Source of the DNA: an uncultured Actinomycetota bacterium
GTDB lineage: Bacteria > Actinomycetota > Actinomycetes > Propionibacteriales > Nocardioidaceae
Length of the DNA: 64,000 bases
Direction of reading: 5' to 3'
NCBI GenBank assembly: GCA_963753705.1
Contig: CAVWDJ010000002.1
Location: forward strand, 437,195 to 501,194
Each line of letters opens with the position of its first letter. The first letter of the stretch is position 1. Under the pieces are notes generated by a model that had not been told where the DNA came from, searched no databases, and saw nothing but the letters and a program-made list of their open reading frames with translations. This document shows, one piece after another, positions 8,714 through 19,205 of the stretch. The translations under genes were made by a program, and so were the position numbers.

Positions 8714-10264
8714 TCAGCGGCCCATCGCGGCGAGGTTCGCCTCGTGTGCGGCAGCCAGCCCGGCCGGACCGACGTCGAGGCTGACGTACCAGATCCACCC
8801 CACTCCGGCACCGATCCGCCGGTAGCCGTCGGCCAGGGTCGGGACCTGCCAGGTGGAGTGTGACAGGGCGTCCACGACCACGAACGTCGGGTGCTCCCGT
8901 GCGAGGAGCGCGGCCAGACCGGCGGTGCCCGCCGGCTGGGTGGCGTCGATGAAGTCGCGCATCCGCTGGTCGAACAGCTGGTAGGGCCACAGGGATGTCC
9001 GCTGGGAGACGGCGAGGACCTGGGGTGCGTCGATCGACACGATCTGTGCGTCGGCAGGCTGGGTCCCGAGCACCGCCAGAGCGTCGGCACGCTCCAGGCT
9101 GAGGGTGTCCTGGCGCGAGGTCACCGCCTCGAGGCTCGCCAGCCCGACGCACGCCGCGACGAGCAGGGCCACCGCGGGAAGCCTCCCGCGGAGCGGGAGT
9201 CTGGTCGCGAGCAGGACGAGGCCTCCGGCCGCACCGAGTGCAGCGAAGGGGAGCACCACGAAGAGGTCGGGGCCGCCGTTGACGACGCACATCGTCCAGA
9301 CGACCCCGGCCAGGCCGCCCGCGCCCACCGCGTTCAGCCGCCAGGCGACGGTCGAGGGGGCCTCGGCCGACAGCACGACGTACGGCACCGCTCTGCCCGC
9401 CAGCACCAGCAGCGTGACCAGGCCGACCACGACCACGGCCAGCGAGGCGTGGTAGTCGCGCCAGAACTGGCGCAGCACCAGGGTGTCGAAGATGTTCGGC
9501 TGCGTCGTGTAGCGCAGGTTCACCACGAAGAACCCGTCCACGGCCGCGCGCGCGGCCCCCGCCTGGAGGAAGTAGAGCGCCGCGAGCACGGTCGGGACCA
9601 GTCCACCGGTCACGAACCGGACCAGGGCGCGAGCCCGACCCGGACCGGCCGTCACCGCAGCCACGGCCACGGCCGCGACCGCGACCGCGATCGCCGGCTG
9701 CCAGGTGAGGGTGGCCAGCGCGGCGCAGACGCCGGCGCCGAACCAGCGACGTCGCCCGGTCAGGATCAGCGAGAGGAGGAGGAAGACCAGCATCGTGGTC
9801 TTCTCCCGGGGACCGCTCGAGGCGAGCTCGATGAAGCACTCGAAGGTCAGGAACACCGCCGGGGCCAGGAGCCCAGCGGGCCGCGAGCCGAAGGTGTCAC
9901 GGGCCAGCACGCTGACGAGCGCGCAGCACAGCGCGGAGAGCACCAGGAAGAAGAGACGAGCCGAGAGCACGGGGTCGAGGCCGACCAGGCCTCCCAGCCG
10001 GATCGCCAGGCCGGGCACCGCGTCGGCGAGCGGGCCGACCGTGTTGAACACCTCGACGTACGGCGGCACGCCTCGCGCGACCTGCTCACCGCCGTAGACG
10101 AAGAGCCCGAGGTCGTGGGTGAGCGGGCCGTCGAACCCGTGCAACGCGTAGACGACGAGCGAGACCAGGCCGACGAGGACGGGGTCGAGCACCGAGGCCG
10201 GAACGGTGAGGGCTCTCGGCCGCCGGGCAGGAGCATCCGGCAGGGGTGACTCGACCAGGGTCAT
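8714..10264 (-). CDS. Multi-TM GT-C-fold glycosyltransferase (PMT-like)
   Basis: Loop DLGLFVYGGEQVARGVPPYVEVFNTVGP after the first TM, about 11 TM segments, soluble C-terminal domain. Confidence 0.65.
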   Translation of the reverse strand: MTLVESPLPDAPARRPRALTVPASVLDPVLVGLVSLVVYALHGFDGPLTHDLGLFVYGGEQVARGVPPYVEVFNTVGPLADAVPGLAIRLGGLVGLDPVLSARLFFLVLSALCCALVSVLARDTFGSRPAGLLAPAVFLTFECFIELASSGPREKTTMLVFLLLSLILTGRRRWFGAGVCAALATLTWQPAIAVAVAAVAVAAVTAGPGRARALVRFVTGGLVPTVLAALYFLQAGAARAAVDGFFVVNLRYTTQPNIFDTLVLRQFWRDYHASLAVVVVGLVTLLVLAGRAVPYVVLSAEAPSTVAWRLNAVGAGGLAGVVWTMCVVNGGPDLFVVLPFAALGAAGGLVLLATRLPLRGRLPAVALLVAACVGLASLEAVTSRQDTLSLERADALAVLGTQPADAQIVSIDAPQVLAVSQRTSLWPYQLFDQRMRDFIDATQPAGTAGLAALLAREHPTFVVVDALSHSTWQVPTLADGYRRIGAGVGWIWYVSLDVGPAGLAAAHEANLAAMGR

Positions 10265-10448
10265 CGCGGACCGTCCGGCAGGTCATCTCGGGAGAGGGCG
10301 GACCTCACCAGCCCACGGTCCTGCAGCCAGGTGAGAAATGGATGTGGAACAGGTGAGGAGACGCTGATTCCGGAACGAGGATCCCTCAGCGGGTTACCGG
10401 GTGGCCGCCGTCGACTCGCGCGCCGTACCCTGGGAGGCACAGGCGTTC

Positions 10449-10665
10449 GAGCCGTCATCAGCGGCGAGCCTCCGGAAGAACGGCCACACCCCGGTGCGGC
10501 TCACTAGACCCGGACGGGTGGGCCCGTCACAGCCTGCAACGAGCGGTTGTCTCCGCTGGTCGAGCATCCCGACCCGCGGGCGCAGCAAGCGAGGTGGTAC
10601 CGCGGTCCCCGGGCATCCGGGGGTCGTCCTCGTGCAGGACGAGGACCGACGACCGCAGGAGAGCA
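10449..10665 (+). ncRNA. Translational ileS T-box riboswitch (actinobacterial ultrashort stem I type)
   Basis: Ile specifier ATC at 10457-10459 in GAGCCGTCATCAGCGGC. Conserved GAGCCTCCGGAAGAACGGCC...TAGA...CGGGT..GCCCGTCACAGCC. T-box AAGCGAGGTGGTACCGCG at 10587-10604. Downstream GGTCGTCCTCGT/ACGAGGACCGACGACC helix next to the AGGAG RBS. Confidence 0.92.
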
Positions 10666-10670
10666 CCCCG

Positions 10671-13600
10671 ATGACCTATCCGAAGGTCTCCACCGACCCC
10701 GCCGTCGACGCGAGCGCCGACGGCGTGCCGGCCACCCCGCGCTTCCCTCGCATCGAGGAGCGCGTGCTGGCCTACTGGGAGGCCGACGACACGTTCCGGG
10801 CCAGCGTCGAGCAGCGCGACGCGGGCGAGAACGGCGGCAACGAGTTCGTCTTCTACGACGGGCCGCCGTTCGCGAACGGGCTCCCGCACTACGGCCACCT
10901 GCTCACCGGCTACGTCAAGGACCTGATCCCGCGCTACCAGACGATGCGCGGACGCCGGGTCGAGCGCCGTTTCGGCTGGGACACGCACGGGCTGCCCGCC
11001 GAGCTCGAGGCGATGCGCCAGCTCGGCATCAAGACCACCGACGAGATCCTCGAGATGGGGATCGAGGCGTTCAACGCCGAGTGCCGCAAGTCGGTCTTCG
11101 AGTACACCGACGAGTGGCGCGAGTACGTGACCCGGCAGGCGCGCTGGGTGGACTTCGGCCACGACTACAAGACCCTCGACCTCGACTACATGGAGTCGGT
11201 GATGTGGGCCTTCCAGCAGCTGTGGGAGAAGGGCCTGGCCTACGAGGGCTTCCGCGTCCTTCCCTACTGCTGGAACGACGAGACCCCGCTGTCCAACCAC
11301 GAGCTCCGGATGGACGAGGACGTCTACCAGCTGCGACAGGATCCCGCCGTCACGGTGGGGTGCCGCCTCGAGACCGGCGAGATCGCGCTGGTCTGGACCA
11401 CGACTCCGTGGACCCTCCCGTCCAACCTGCTGATCATGGTCGGCCCCGACATCGACTACGTCGTGGTCGAGTCCGACGTCAGCGGCACCACCGAGCGCTA
11501 CGTCGTGGGGGCAGCCCGGCTGGCGGCGTACGCCCGCGAGCTGAAGAACGACGACAGCGACTCGGTCCTCGACCAGGTCGTCGAGCGGCTGAAGGGCCGC
11601 GACCTCCTCGGCCGCAGCTACACGCCGCCGTTCACCTACTTCGAGGGGCATCCCCACAGTCACCGCGTCGTCGAGGCCGACTTCGTCACCACCGAGGACG
11701 GCACCGGCCTGGTCCACAGCGCCGGTGCCTTCGGTGAGGAGGACAAGGCGATCACCGACCGCGAGGGCATCGAGCTCGTGGTGGCGGTGGCGAAGAACGG
11801 CACGTTCACCTATCCCATCACCGACTACGAGGGCCTGCACGTGTTCGACGCCAACCTGGCGATCATCGAGCACCTCAAGAACGCGACCCGGAACCTCCGT
11901 CCGTCGGTCGACCCGGTCGGGGACCTCGACACCGGGTCGGTCACGCCGGGCACGGTCCTGCTCAAGCGCGAGTCCTACGAGCACTCCTACCCCCACTGCT
12001 GGCGCTGCCGGGAGCCGCTGATCTACATGGCGGTCTCGTCGTGGTTCGTCAGCACCACCAAGATCCGCGACCGGATGCTCGACCTCAACCAGCAGATCCG
12101 GTGGGTGCCCGAGCACATCAAGGACGGCCAGTTCGGCAAGTGGCTGGAGAACACGCGCGACTGGTCGATCTCGCGCAACCGGTTCTGGGGGAGCCCGATC
12201 CCGGTCTGGAAGAGCGACGACCCGGCGTACCCCCGGATCGACGTGTACGGCTCGCTCGACGAGCTGCAGCGCGACTTCGGCGTGCGGCCCGACGACCTGC
12301 ACCGGCCCTTCATCGACGAGCTGACGCGCCCGAACCCGGACGACCCGACCGGGTCCTCCACCATGCGCCGGGTCACCGACGTCATGGACTGCTGGTTCGA
12401 GTCCGGCTCGATGAGCTTCGCCCAGGTGCACTACCCGTTCGACAACGCCGACTGGTTCGAGCACCACTTCCCGGGCGACTTCATCGTCGAGTACATCGGC
12501 CAGACCCGTGGCTGGTTCTACACGATGCACGTGCTCGCGTCGGCGATCTTCGAGCGGCCGGCGTTCGAGACCTGCCTGTCGCACGGCATCGTCCTGGGCA
12601 GCGACGGCCAGAAGATGTCGAAGTCGCTGCGCAACTACCCCGACGTGCGCGAGGTCTTCGACCGCGACGGCGCCGACGCCATGCGGTGGTTCCTCATGTC
12701 GTCGCCGATCCTGCGCGGAGGCAACCTGATCGTCACCGAGCAGTCGATCCGCGAGGGCGTCCGCCAGGTGCTGATCCCGCTCTGGAACTGCTGGTACTTC
12801 TTCGCGCTCTACGCCAACGCCGCCGGCTACGACGCGCGGCGCTCCACGACGTCCACCCACCCGATGGACCGCTACCTGCTGGCCAAGACCCGTCAGTACG
12901 TCGAGACCTCGACCCGTCAGATGGACGACTACGAGGTGGCCAATGCCTGCGACACCACGCGGGGCTTCCTCGACGTGCTCTCCAACTGGTACATCCGTCG
13001 GTCGCGCGAGCGCTTCTGGGCCGCCGACGGCGTCGCCGACTCCGATGCCTTCGACACCCTCTTCACCGTCCTCGAGACCGTCTGCCGGGTGGCCGCGCCG
13101 CTGCTCCCGCTCACGACCGAGGAGGTCTGGCGCGGACTCACCGGGGAGCGGTCGGTGCACCTGACCGACTGGCCGTCCGTCGACGACCTGCCGGCCGACG
13201 GTGAGCTCGTCGGTGCGATGGACCAGGTCCGCGACGTCTGCTCCGCGGGCTCGGCCCTGCGCAAGGGCGCGTCTCTGCGCAACCGCCTGCCGCTGTCGAC
13301 GATGACGGTGGTCGTGGCCGGCGCCGACCGGCTCGCGGGCTTCGAGGACATCGTCGCCGACGAGCTCAACGTGAAGTCGGTCCGGCTGCTCGACGCCGAC
13401 CACCCCGACGCCGCGTCGTACGGCGTCTCGCAGCGGCTCACGGTCAACGCCCGCGCCGCCGGTCCCCGGCTGGGCAAGGACGTGCAGACCGCGATCAAGG
13501 GGTCCAAGTCGGGCGACTGGTCGGTCTCCGACACCGGCACGGTCACGGCCGGGGGACTGGTCCTCGAGGAGGGCGAGTTCACCCTCGAGACGGTCGCCTC

Positions 13601-13907
13601 GGGCGGCGACGGCTCCGCGACCGGGATGCTCCCCGGTGGCGGGTTCGTGGTCCTCGACACCGCGGTCACGCCGGAGCTCGAGGCCGAGGGAGTGGCGCGC
13701 GACCTGGTCCGGGCCGTCCAGCAGGCCCGACGCGACGCCGGGCTCGACGTGTCCGACCGGATCGCCGTGAGCCTGGTCGCCAGCGCCGAGGTGGCCGACG
13801 CAGCCCGTACGCACGCCGAGCTGATCGCCCGCGAGACCCTCGCGACGTCGTTCGACGTCAGCGAGGGCGACGTGGACTCGCCGGTGATCGAGCTCGAGCG
13901 GGCCTGA
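10671..13907 (+). CDS. ileS: Isoleucyl-tRNA synthetase (type 2)
   Basis: [54 protein letters not shown]. True start ATG 10671; the track ORF from 10401 runs through the T-box. Confidence 0.97.
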   Translation: MTYPKVSTDPAVDASADGVPATPRFPRIEERVLAYWEADDTFRASVEQRDAGENGGNEFVFYDGPPFANGLPHYGHLLTGYVKDLIPRYQTMRGRRVERRFGWDTHGLPAELEAMRQLGIKTTDEILEMGIEAFNAECRKSVFEYTDEWREYVTRQARWVDFGHDYKTLDLDYMESVMWAFQQLWEKGLAYEGFRVLPYCWNDETPLSNHELRMDEDVYQLRQDPAVTVGCRLETGEIALVWTTTPWTLPSNLLIMVGPDIDYVVVESDVSGTTERYVVGAARLAAYARELKNDDSDSVLDQVVERLKGRDLLGRSYTPPFTYFEGHPHSHRVVEADFVTTEDGTGLVHSAGAFGEEDKAITDREGIELVVAVAKNGTFTYPITDYEGLHVFDANLAIIEHLKNATRNLRPSVDPVGDLDTGSVTPGTVLLKRESYEHSYPHCWRCREPLIYMAVSSWFVSTTKIRDRMLDLNQQIRWVPEHIKDGQFGKWLENTRDWSISRNRFWGSPIPVWKSDDPAYPRIDVYGSLDELQRDFGVRPDDLHRPFIDELTRPNPDDPTGSSTMRRVTDVMDCWFESGSMSFAQVHYPFDNADWFEHHFPGDFIVEYIGQTRGWFYTMHVLASAIFERPAFETCLSHGIVLGSDGQKMSKSLRNYPDVREVFDRDGADAMRWFLMSSPILRGGNLIVTEQSIREGVRQVLIPLWNCWYFFALYANAAGYDARRSTTSTHPMDRYLLAKTRQYVETSTRQMDDYEVANACDTTRGFLDVLSNWYIRRSRERFWAADGVADSDAFDTLFTVLETVCRVAAPLLPLTTEEVWRGLTGERSVHLTDWPSVDDLPADGELVGAMDQVRDVCSAGSALRKGASLRNRLPLSTMTVVVAGADRLAGFEDIVADELNVKSVRLLDADHPDAASYGVSQRLTVNARAAGPRLGKDVQTAIKGSKSGDWSVSDTGTVTAGGLVLEEGEFTLETVASGGDGSATGMLPGGGFVVLDTAVTPELEAEGVARDLVRAVQQARRDAGLDVSDRIAVSLVASAEVADAARTHAELIARETLATSFDVSEGDVDSPVIELERA

Positions 13908-13946
13908 CCGGGACCCTGAGGCGCCCTGTGGAGCGCTGGTCACTGC

Positions 13947-14030
13947 TTCATCATGTGATGCAGGCGAACCGTCACTTCTCATGGCGAACTCACCGTGTGA
14001 AGCCATGCTCCACCTGCATCACATGATGAA
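13947..14030. repeat. 84-bp palindromic intergenic element, copy 1 (REP/MITE-like)
   Basis: Perfect 18-bp terminal inverted repeat TTCATCATGTGATGCAGG (13947-13964) / CCTGCATCACATGATGAA (14013-14030). First 24 nt are identical to 43327-43350. Confidence 0.85.
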
Positions 14031-14077
14031 ACTGAGGTCAGCCCGGTGTTCGCGACCGCCGATGACAGGATGGGCAC

Positions 14078-15148
14078 ATGCCGATCGACCTGGACCTGAG
14101 TGCCGACGTCGTCGCGCTCACCGAGCAGCTGGTGGACATCGAGTCGGTGAGCCGTCACGAGCAGCAGATCGCCGACGCCGTCGAGGGGGCGCTGGCGAGT
14201 CTGCCCCACCTGACCGTCACCCGGCGCGGCCACACGGTCGTCGCGCGTACCGAGCTCGGCCGGGGCGAGCGGGTCGTCCTGGCCGGCCACCTCGACACGG
14301 TGCCGCTCAACGACAACCTGCCCAGCCGCAACGACGGGACCGCCCTCCACGGCCTCGGCAGCTGTGACATGAAGGGCGGGGACGCGGTCATCCTGAAGCT
14401 GGCCGCCGCGGTGAAGGAGCCGGTCCGCGACGTGACGTTCATCCTCTACGAGGCGGAGGAGATCGAGAGCGAGTTCAACGGCCTCGGCAGGCTCGGTGCG
14501 AGCGACCCCGAGCTGATGCGGGCCGACTTCGCGATCCTCATGGAGCCCTCCGACGGAGTCGTCGAGGCCGGCTGCCAGGGCACCATGCGCGTCGAGGTCG
14601 CCGCTCATGGCGAGCGCGCCCACAGCGCCCGGTCGTGGAAGGGCGTCAACGCGATCCACCGGGCGACGCCGATCCTCGAGCGGCTCTCGGCGTACGACGC
14701 GCGGATGCCGGTCATCGACGGCCTGACCTACCACGAGGGGCTCAACGCCGTCGGCATCAGCGGCGGCGTCGCCGGCAACGTGCTGCCCGACCTGTGCACG
14801 GTGTCGGTCAACTACCGCTTCGCTCCCGACCGCAGCGAGGCCGAGGCGGAGGCGTTCCTCCGCGACTTCTTCTCCGGGTACGACGTGCTGGTGGCCGACA
14901 GTGCACCCGGCGCCCTGCCCGGCCTCGACCGCCCGGCGGCCAAGGCGTTCGTCGAGGCGGTCGGTGGGACGGTCAACCCGAAGTTCGGCTGGACCGACGT
15001 CTCCCGGTTCGCCGCGCTCGACGTGCCGGCGGTCAACTTCGGTCCCGGCGACCCGATGCTGGCCCACAAGCAGGAGGAGTTCGTGCCCCTGGAGCAGATC
15101 CGCCACTGCGAACGCGTGCTCACCGACTGGCTCCGAGGGGACCGATGA
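14078..15148 (+). CDS. dapE: Succinyl-diaminopimelate desuccinylase
   Basis: M20 motifs AGHLDTVP, GLGSCDMKGG, YEAEE, HSARSW, FGWTDV, PGDPMLAHKQEE. Confidence 0.95.
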   Translation: MPIDLDLSADVVALTEQLVDIESVSRHEQQIADAVEGALASLPHLTVTRRGHTVVARTELGRGERVVLAGHLDTVPLNDNLPSRNDGTALHGLGSCDMKGGDAVILKLAAAVKEPVRDVTFILYEAEEIESEFNGLGRLGASDPELMRADFAILMEPSDGVVEAGCQGTMRVEVAAHGERAHSARSWKGVNAIHRATPILERLSAYDARMPVIDGLTYHEGLNAVGISGGVAGNVLPDLCTVSVNYRFAPDRSEAEAEAFLRDFFSGYDVLVADSAPGALPGLDRPAAKAFVEAVGGTVNPKFGWTDVSRFAALDVPAVNFGPGDPMLAHKQEEFVPLEQIRHCERVLTDWLRGDR

Positions 15149-15888
15149 CCGACAAGCACGAGAAGTTCAAGGGCCCGGTGGTGATGCGCCGGAGCCAGGT
15201 CGACGGCACCACCACCGACCAGCGCCTCCTCGACTCCCGGGGGGCCACCGACTGGGTGCACACCGACCCCTGGCGCGTGCTCCGCATCCAGGCCGAGTTC
15301 GTCGAGGGCTTCGGCGCGCTGGCCGAGCTCGGCCCGGCCATCGCGTGCTTCGGCTCCGCCCGCACCCGACCCGACAACCCGATGTATGCCAAGGGTGAGC
15401 AGGTAGGCCGCGCGTTGACGGCCGCCGGCTTCGCAGTGATCACCGGTGGCGGGCCGGGCGCGATGGAGGCCGTCAACAAGGGTGCCAGCGAGGCCGGCGG
15501 CACGAGCGTCGGTCTCGGCATCGAGCTGCCCTTCGAGTCCGGCCTCAACCAGTGGGTCGACATCGGGATCAACTTCCGCTACTTCTTCGCGCGCAAGACG
15601 ATGTTCGTCAAGTACGCCCAGGGCTTCATCGTGCTGCCGGGCGGACTCGGCACCCTCGACGAGCTGTTCGAGGCCCTGACCCTGGTCCAGACCCAGAAGG
15701 TCACCCGGTTTCCACTGGTGCTGCTCGGCAGCGACTACTGGCGCGGCCTGCTCGACTGGCTCGGCGACACGGCGCTCACGCACGGCACGATCAACCAGTC
15801 CGACATCGACATGCTCCACGTGACCGACGACGTCGACGAGGCCGTGGGGTTGATGGTGGAGGCGCGCTCCAAGGACCCACAGCGATGA
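15145..15888 (+). CDS. LOG-family (TIGR00730-type) nucleotide phosphoribohydrolase
   Basis: FGSAR, ITGGGPGAMEA, YFFARKTMFVKY, PGGLGTLDELFE. ATG overlaps the dapE stop. Confidence 0.92.
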   Translation: MTDKHEKFKGPVVMRRSQVDGTTTDQRLLDSRGATDWVHTDPWRVLRIQAEFVEGFGALAELGPAIACFGSARTRPDNPMYAKGEQVGRALTAAGFAVITGGGPGAMEAVNKGASEAGGTSVGLGIELPFESGLNQWVDIGINFRYFFARKTMFVKYAQGFIVLPGGLGTLDELFEALTLVQTQKVTRFPLVLLGSDYWRGLLDWLGDTALTHGTINQSDIDMLHVTDDVDEAVGLMVEARSKDPQR

Positions 15889-16199
15889 TGTGGTTCTTCG
15901 CGATCCTGATCGTGCTGGCCCTCGGCGCGGTCGCCGTGGTGGCCTCGGGGCGCGGCCAGCCGATGGGCCCGTCGTACGACGACGCTCCCGACTCGCTCGT
16001 CCCGTCCGACGGCCCGGTGACTGCCGAGGACCTGCGCCGGATCCGGTTCCCGCTGGCCTTCCGCGGCTACCGGATGGCCGAGGTCGACGCCCTGCTCGAG
16101 CGGCTCGCGGAGGAGCGCGAGGCGGCCGACCGCGACAGCGCGTCACCTTCCGGCCAGGGGCCCGAAGGTGACACCGACCCGCCCGCGTCGGCACACTGA
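15885..16199 (+). CDS. DivIVA-domain membrane protein
   Basis: N-terminal TM then TAEDLRRIRFPLAFRGYRMAEVDALLERLA. ATGA overlap with the upstream stop. Confidence 0.85.
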   Translation: MMWFFAILIVLALGAVAVVASGRGQPMGPSYDDAPDSLVPSDGPVTAEDLRRIRFPLAFRGYRMAEVDALLERLAEEREAADRDSASPSGQGPEGDTDPPASAH

Positions 16200-16205
16200 T
16201 CGTCC

Positions 16206-16613
16206 GTGAAGCCCGAGTACATCGTCTACGTCCTCACCTTCTTGTCCGCGGTGGTGGTCGTGCTGACGCGGGTCCGGCTCTCCCAGGCCCGGGCCGCTGG
16301 TCATCACCAGGTCGGCATGGGGACGGTCAACGCCCACACGGCCTGCGGTGTGCTCGGGATCGCGCTGTGGGTGTTCTTCCTGGTCACCGGGCACGACAAC
16401 TCGTGGGTCGGCGTCGTCGCCCTCTTCTTCTACTGGCTCACCGCCCTGATCGGCCTGTTGATCCTGATGCGGTGGGTGCCGAGCCGCGGGAAGCACGCGT
16501 CGGGCACCGCTGACGACCGGTGGTCGGAGGGGCCGGGGTTGTCGGTCCTCGCGCATGTGGGGATGCTGGTGGGCGTGCTCGTGTTCACCTGGTACTTCGC
16601 CACCCACAGCTGA
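16206..16613 (+). CDS. Hypothetical 4-TM membrane protein
   Basis: 135 aa, four hydrophobic segments, co-oriented in the operon. Confidence 0.7.
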   Translation: MKPEYIVYVLTFLSAVVVVLTRVRLSQARAAGHHQVGMGTVNAHTACGVLGIALWVFFLVTGHDNSWVGVVALFFYWLTALIGLLILMRWVPSRGKHASGTADDRWSEGPGLSVLAHVGMLVGVLVFTWYFATHS

Positions 16614-16622
16614 GGTCTGCCG

Positions 16623-17405
16623 ATGACACGCCTGTCTCGGGACCCGCGACGACGCCAGGGGCTCGTCGCGGCCGTGCTGTCGCTCGCGCTCCTGCCGGCC
16701 CTGCTGGTCCTCCCCGCCCGTGCCGCGACCGAGTCCCGCCCCGCCGTGATCGGGCGTCGCGTGATCGGGCACTCGGTCCAGGGGCGCCCGATCGTGGCCT
16801 GGCACCTCGGTGAGCCCGGCAAGCGGAAGGTCGTGCTGATCTCGCTCATGCACGGCAACGAGCCCGCGCCGCGCAGGATCCTCGACGACCTGCTCGACGG
16901 GCAGCCCGTGCACGACGTGAACCTGTGGGTCGTCCCGGTCTACAACCCCGACGGACTCGCTCACCACACGCGCAAGAACGCCCACGGCGTCGACCCGAAC
17001 CGCAACTACCCCTACAAGTGGGCGCGGCTCACGGGCAGCTACTACTCCGGGCCCAAGCCCGCCTCCGAGCCCGAGACGCGGGCGATGATGGCGTTCCTGT
17101 CCAAGGTGAAGCCGGCGTACGTGCTGTCCTTCCACCAGCCCCTCCACGGTGTCGACATCACCGCGCGCCCGGCGTTCTCCCGGCGGGTCGCCCAGGCGCT
17201 CGGCCTGCCGATGACGCACCTGAACTGCGGCAGCAGCTGCCACGGCACGATGACCATGTGGTTCAACCACGCGTTCCCGGGCTTCGCGCTCACCGTCGAG
17301 TACGGGCCGTCCCCGTCGGCCGCCAAGCTCCGGGCCGCGCCCGACCGGATCCTGCGGCTCTTCGGCGCCTGGCGCGGCGGCGTGCGAGGAGTAGCCCGCA
17401 CCTGA
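16623..17405 (+). CDS. Secreted M14 zinc carboxypeptidase (MpaA-like)
   Basis: Signal peptide; HGNE, NPDG, RKNAHGVDPNRNY, SEPET, LSFHQ, TVEY. Confidence 0.85.
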   Translation: MTRLSRDPRRRQGLVAAVLSLALLPALLVLPARAATESRPAVIGRRVIGHSVQGRPIVAWHLGEPGKRKVVLISLMHGNEPAPRRILDDLLDGQPVHDVNLWVVPVYNPDGLAHHTRKNAHGVDPNRNYPYKWARLTGSYYSGPKPASEPETRAMMAFLSKVKPAYVLSFHQPLHGVDITARPAFSRRVAQALGLPMTHLNCGSSCHGTMTMWFNHAFPGFALTVEYGPSPSAAKLRAAPDRILRLFGAWRGGVRGVART

Positions 17406-17457
17406 CACCCCGGGCCCGGCTGGGAGCACCCCGCTCCGGACGATCGCAGCGGCAGGG

Positions 17458-18258
17458 TCACCGACCCTCGAAGACCGGCTTCTCCTTCGCGATGAACGCC
17501 GCGACCGCGGCCGCGTGGTCGGCCGTGGCGCCGGTGAGGGTCATCCGGGTCGACTCGAAGGCGGCGGCTTCCTCGAAGGAGTGCCCGGCGGCGTACTCCA
17601 CGGACTGCCGCATCGCGCCGAGGGCCACGGTGGGTCCGGCGGCCAGGCGGGCGGCCAGGTCGCCGACTGCCTCGGCGAGCTCAGCGGCCGGTACGACGCG
17701 CGTCGCGAGGCCGAGCGTCAGCGCCTCCTCGGCGGCGATCGTGCGGGGGAAGTAGAGGAGCTCGATCGCCTTGGCCTTCCCGACCAGCCGTTGGAGGGTG
17801 AAGCTCGAGCCGGTGTCGCACGACAGCGCGACGTTGGCGAACGCGAGGTTGAAGCCGGCCGTGTCGGCCACGATCCGCAGGTCGCAGGCGAAGGCCAGGC
17901 TCGCTCCCGCGCCGGCGGCGACACCGTTGACGGCGGCGATGACGGGCTTGGCCATCCCGACCAGGGTGGTCACGATCGGGTTGTAGTGCTCGTCGACGGT
18001 GCGGAACAGGGCGTCGCTCGAGGCGCTGTGGAGGATCTCGATGTGCTCCTTGAGGTCCTGCCCCACGCAGAAGGCGCGGCCGGTCCCGGTCAGCACCACG
18101 CAGCGCACCGCGGGGTCGTCGGCCACCTGGCGCACGACGCCGAGCAGGGCCTCCTTCGTCGCGACGTCGAGGCTGTTCATGGCGTCGGGACGGTTGAGCG
18201 TGATGGTCGCGATGCCGTCGGCGACCTCCAGCAGGACGGGTGAGACGTCAGCGGTCAT
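17458..18258 (-). CDS. Enoyl-CoA hydratase/isomerase (PaaG-like)
   Basis: TLNRPDAMN, RAFCVGQDL, AVNGVAAGAGASLAFACDLRI, LSCDTG (Asp as in PaaG-type enzymes). Confidence 0.9.
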   Translation of the reverse strand: MTADVSPVLLEVADGIATITLNRPDAMNSLDVATKEALLGVVRQVADDPAVRCVVLTGTGRAFCVGQDLKEHIEILHSASSDALFRTVDEHYNPIVTTLVGMAKPVIAAVNGVAAGAGASLAFACDLRIVADTAGFNLAFANVALSCDTGSSFTLQRLVGKAKAIELLYFPRTIAAEEALTLGLATRVVPAAELAEAVGDLAARLAAGPTVALGAMRQSVEYAAGHSFEEAAAFESTRMTLTGATADHAAAVAAFIAKEKPVFEGR

Positions 18259-18291
18259 GCCCGCAGGCTATGCGGACCGCCGCGTGTGATG

Positions 18292-19068
18292 TCAGACGCC
18301 CAGGCAGCGGGCCACGAAACGGTCGGACGCGGGCTTGAGCCTGGCCGCCTCGCTGGTGAACAGGTCGGCCGCCGCCTGCCCCGGCCAGTCGCGGGGGAGC
18401 AGGTCTGCGGGGAGACCCGGGTCGTCGAAGAGGAACTTGCGCCACTCGTGCACGAGCCGGAACCGGGCGGCGAACGCCGACTCGTCGTCGTCGCTGGGGT
18501 CGTCGGGCTCGTGGCGGACCAGGGAGTCGGCCAGGTCGGGCCAGGCGGCGTACGACGTGGCGAGCCGGCGCAGGTCCCACGCGCCCACCGGGTCGGGAGA
18601 GAGCTCGACCGCGAGCGCGTGGCGGGCGGTGCCGCCGGCCCGGGTGACGACCTCGTCGACCTCGGTCCGCTCGTAGGGACACAGCCACACGGCGGGAGCG
18701 TGCTCGGCGTACCCGAGGTAGTGCAGCTCCTCACGCAGCCGGGCCCGCGCGCCGCGCTCGCGCGGCAGGTCGACGAACACCAGCCGCCAGCGGCCGTCCC
18801 AGGGCTCCGGGACACTGCGGTAGATCCGGGAGGCGGCCTCGGAGAGCCGCTCGATGGCCCGTCGGGTCGCGCGATAGCCGGGGGCGGCGTCCACCCGGGT
18901 CGGCTCCAGCCAGCCCTGGGCGGACATCCGCGAGATCGCGGTCCGTACCGCGGGAGCCGCGATGCCGACCGGCTCCAGCAGCCGGATCAGTGCCGAGACG
19001 GGGGCCTGGTCGCCGCGCGAACGGAGGTGATCGCCGTACACGTCGAACAGGGCCGAGCGTGCACGCAT
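18292..19068 (-). CDS. PaaX-family transcriptional regulator
   Basis: RSALFDVYGD...AVRTAISRM...WDGRW...LVHEWRKFLFDDPGLPADLLPRDWPG. Confidence 0.9.
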   Translation of the reverse strand: MRARSALFDVYGDHLRSRGDQAPVSALIRLLEPVGIAAPAVRTAISRMSAQGWLEPTRVDAAPGYRATRRAIERLSEAASRIYRSVPEPWDGRWRLVFVDLPRERGARARLREELHYLGYAEHAPAVWLCPYERTEVDEVVTRAGGTARHALAVELSPDPVGAWDLRRLATSYAAWPDLADSLVRHEPDDPSDDDESAFAARFRLVHEWRKFLFDDPGLPADLLPRDWPGQAAADLFTSEAARLKPASDRFVARCLGV

Positions 19069-19205
19069 GCGGTCACTGTGCCAGGTCGCGTGTGGGGTTG
19101 GACCGCGTCACCCGCCGCCATAGGGGATAATGATCCACGCATCGGCGTGAGGGGGCTCGTTCTCCCGCGCGTCCTGGGTCCGAACAAGAAGAATGAGGTG
19201 CGCGG

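Noticed and set aside
10527-14006. Very long antisense/alternate-frame ORFs (e.g. 10527..14006, 25644..27875, 34578..36788, 36682..39261, 41284..43239)
   Set aside because: They shadow well-supported genes, are Arg/Gly/Val/Asp-rich and carry no motifs. This is the usual stop-codon scarcity of high-GC DNA.
17458-19068. Phenylacetate catabolic cluster
   Set aside because: Only PaaG-like and PaaX-like genes are present, with no paaABCDE/K/Z; they appear to be part of the conserved core neighbourhood.
19098-19131. Housekeeping promoter TTGGAC-N17-TAGGGG / GATAAT upstream of DUF3117
   Set aside because: The -10 box lacks the conserved terminal T at the 17-nt spacing, and the alternative -10 gives a 22-nt spacer; too weak to call.
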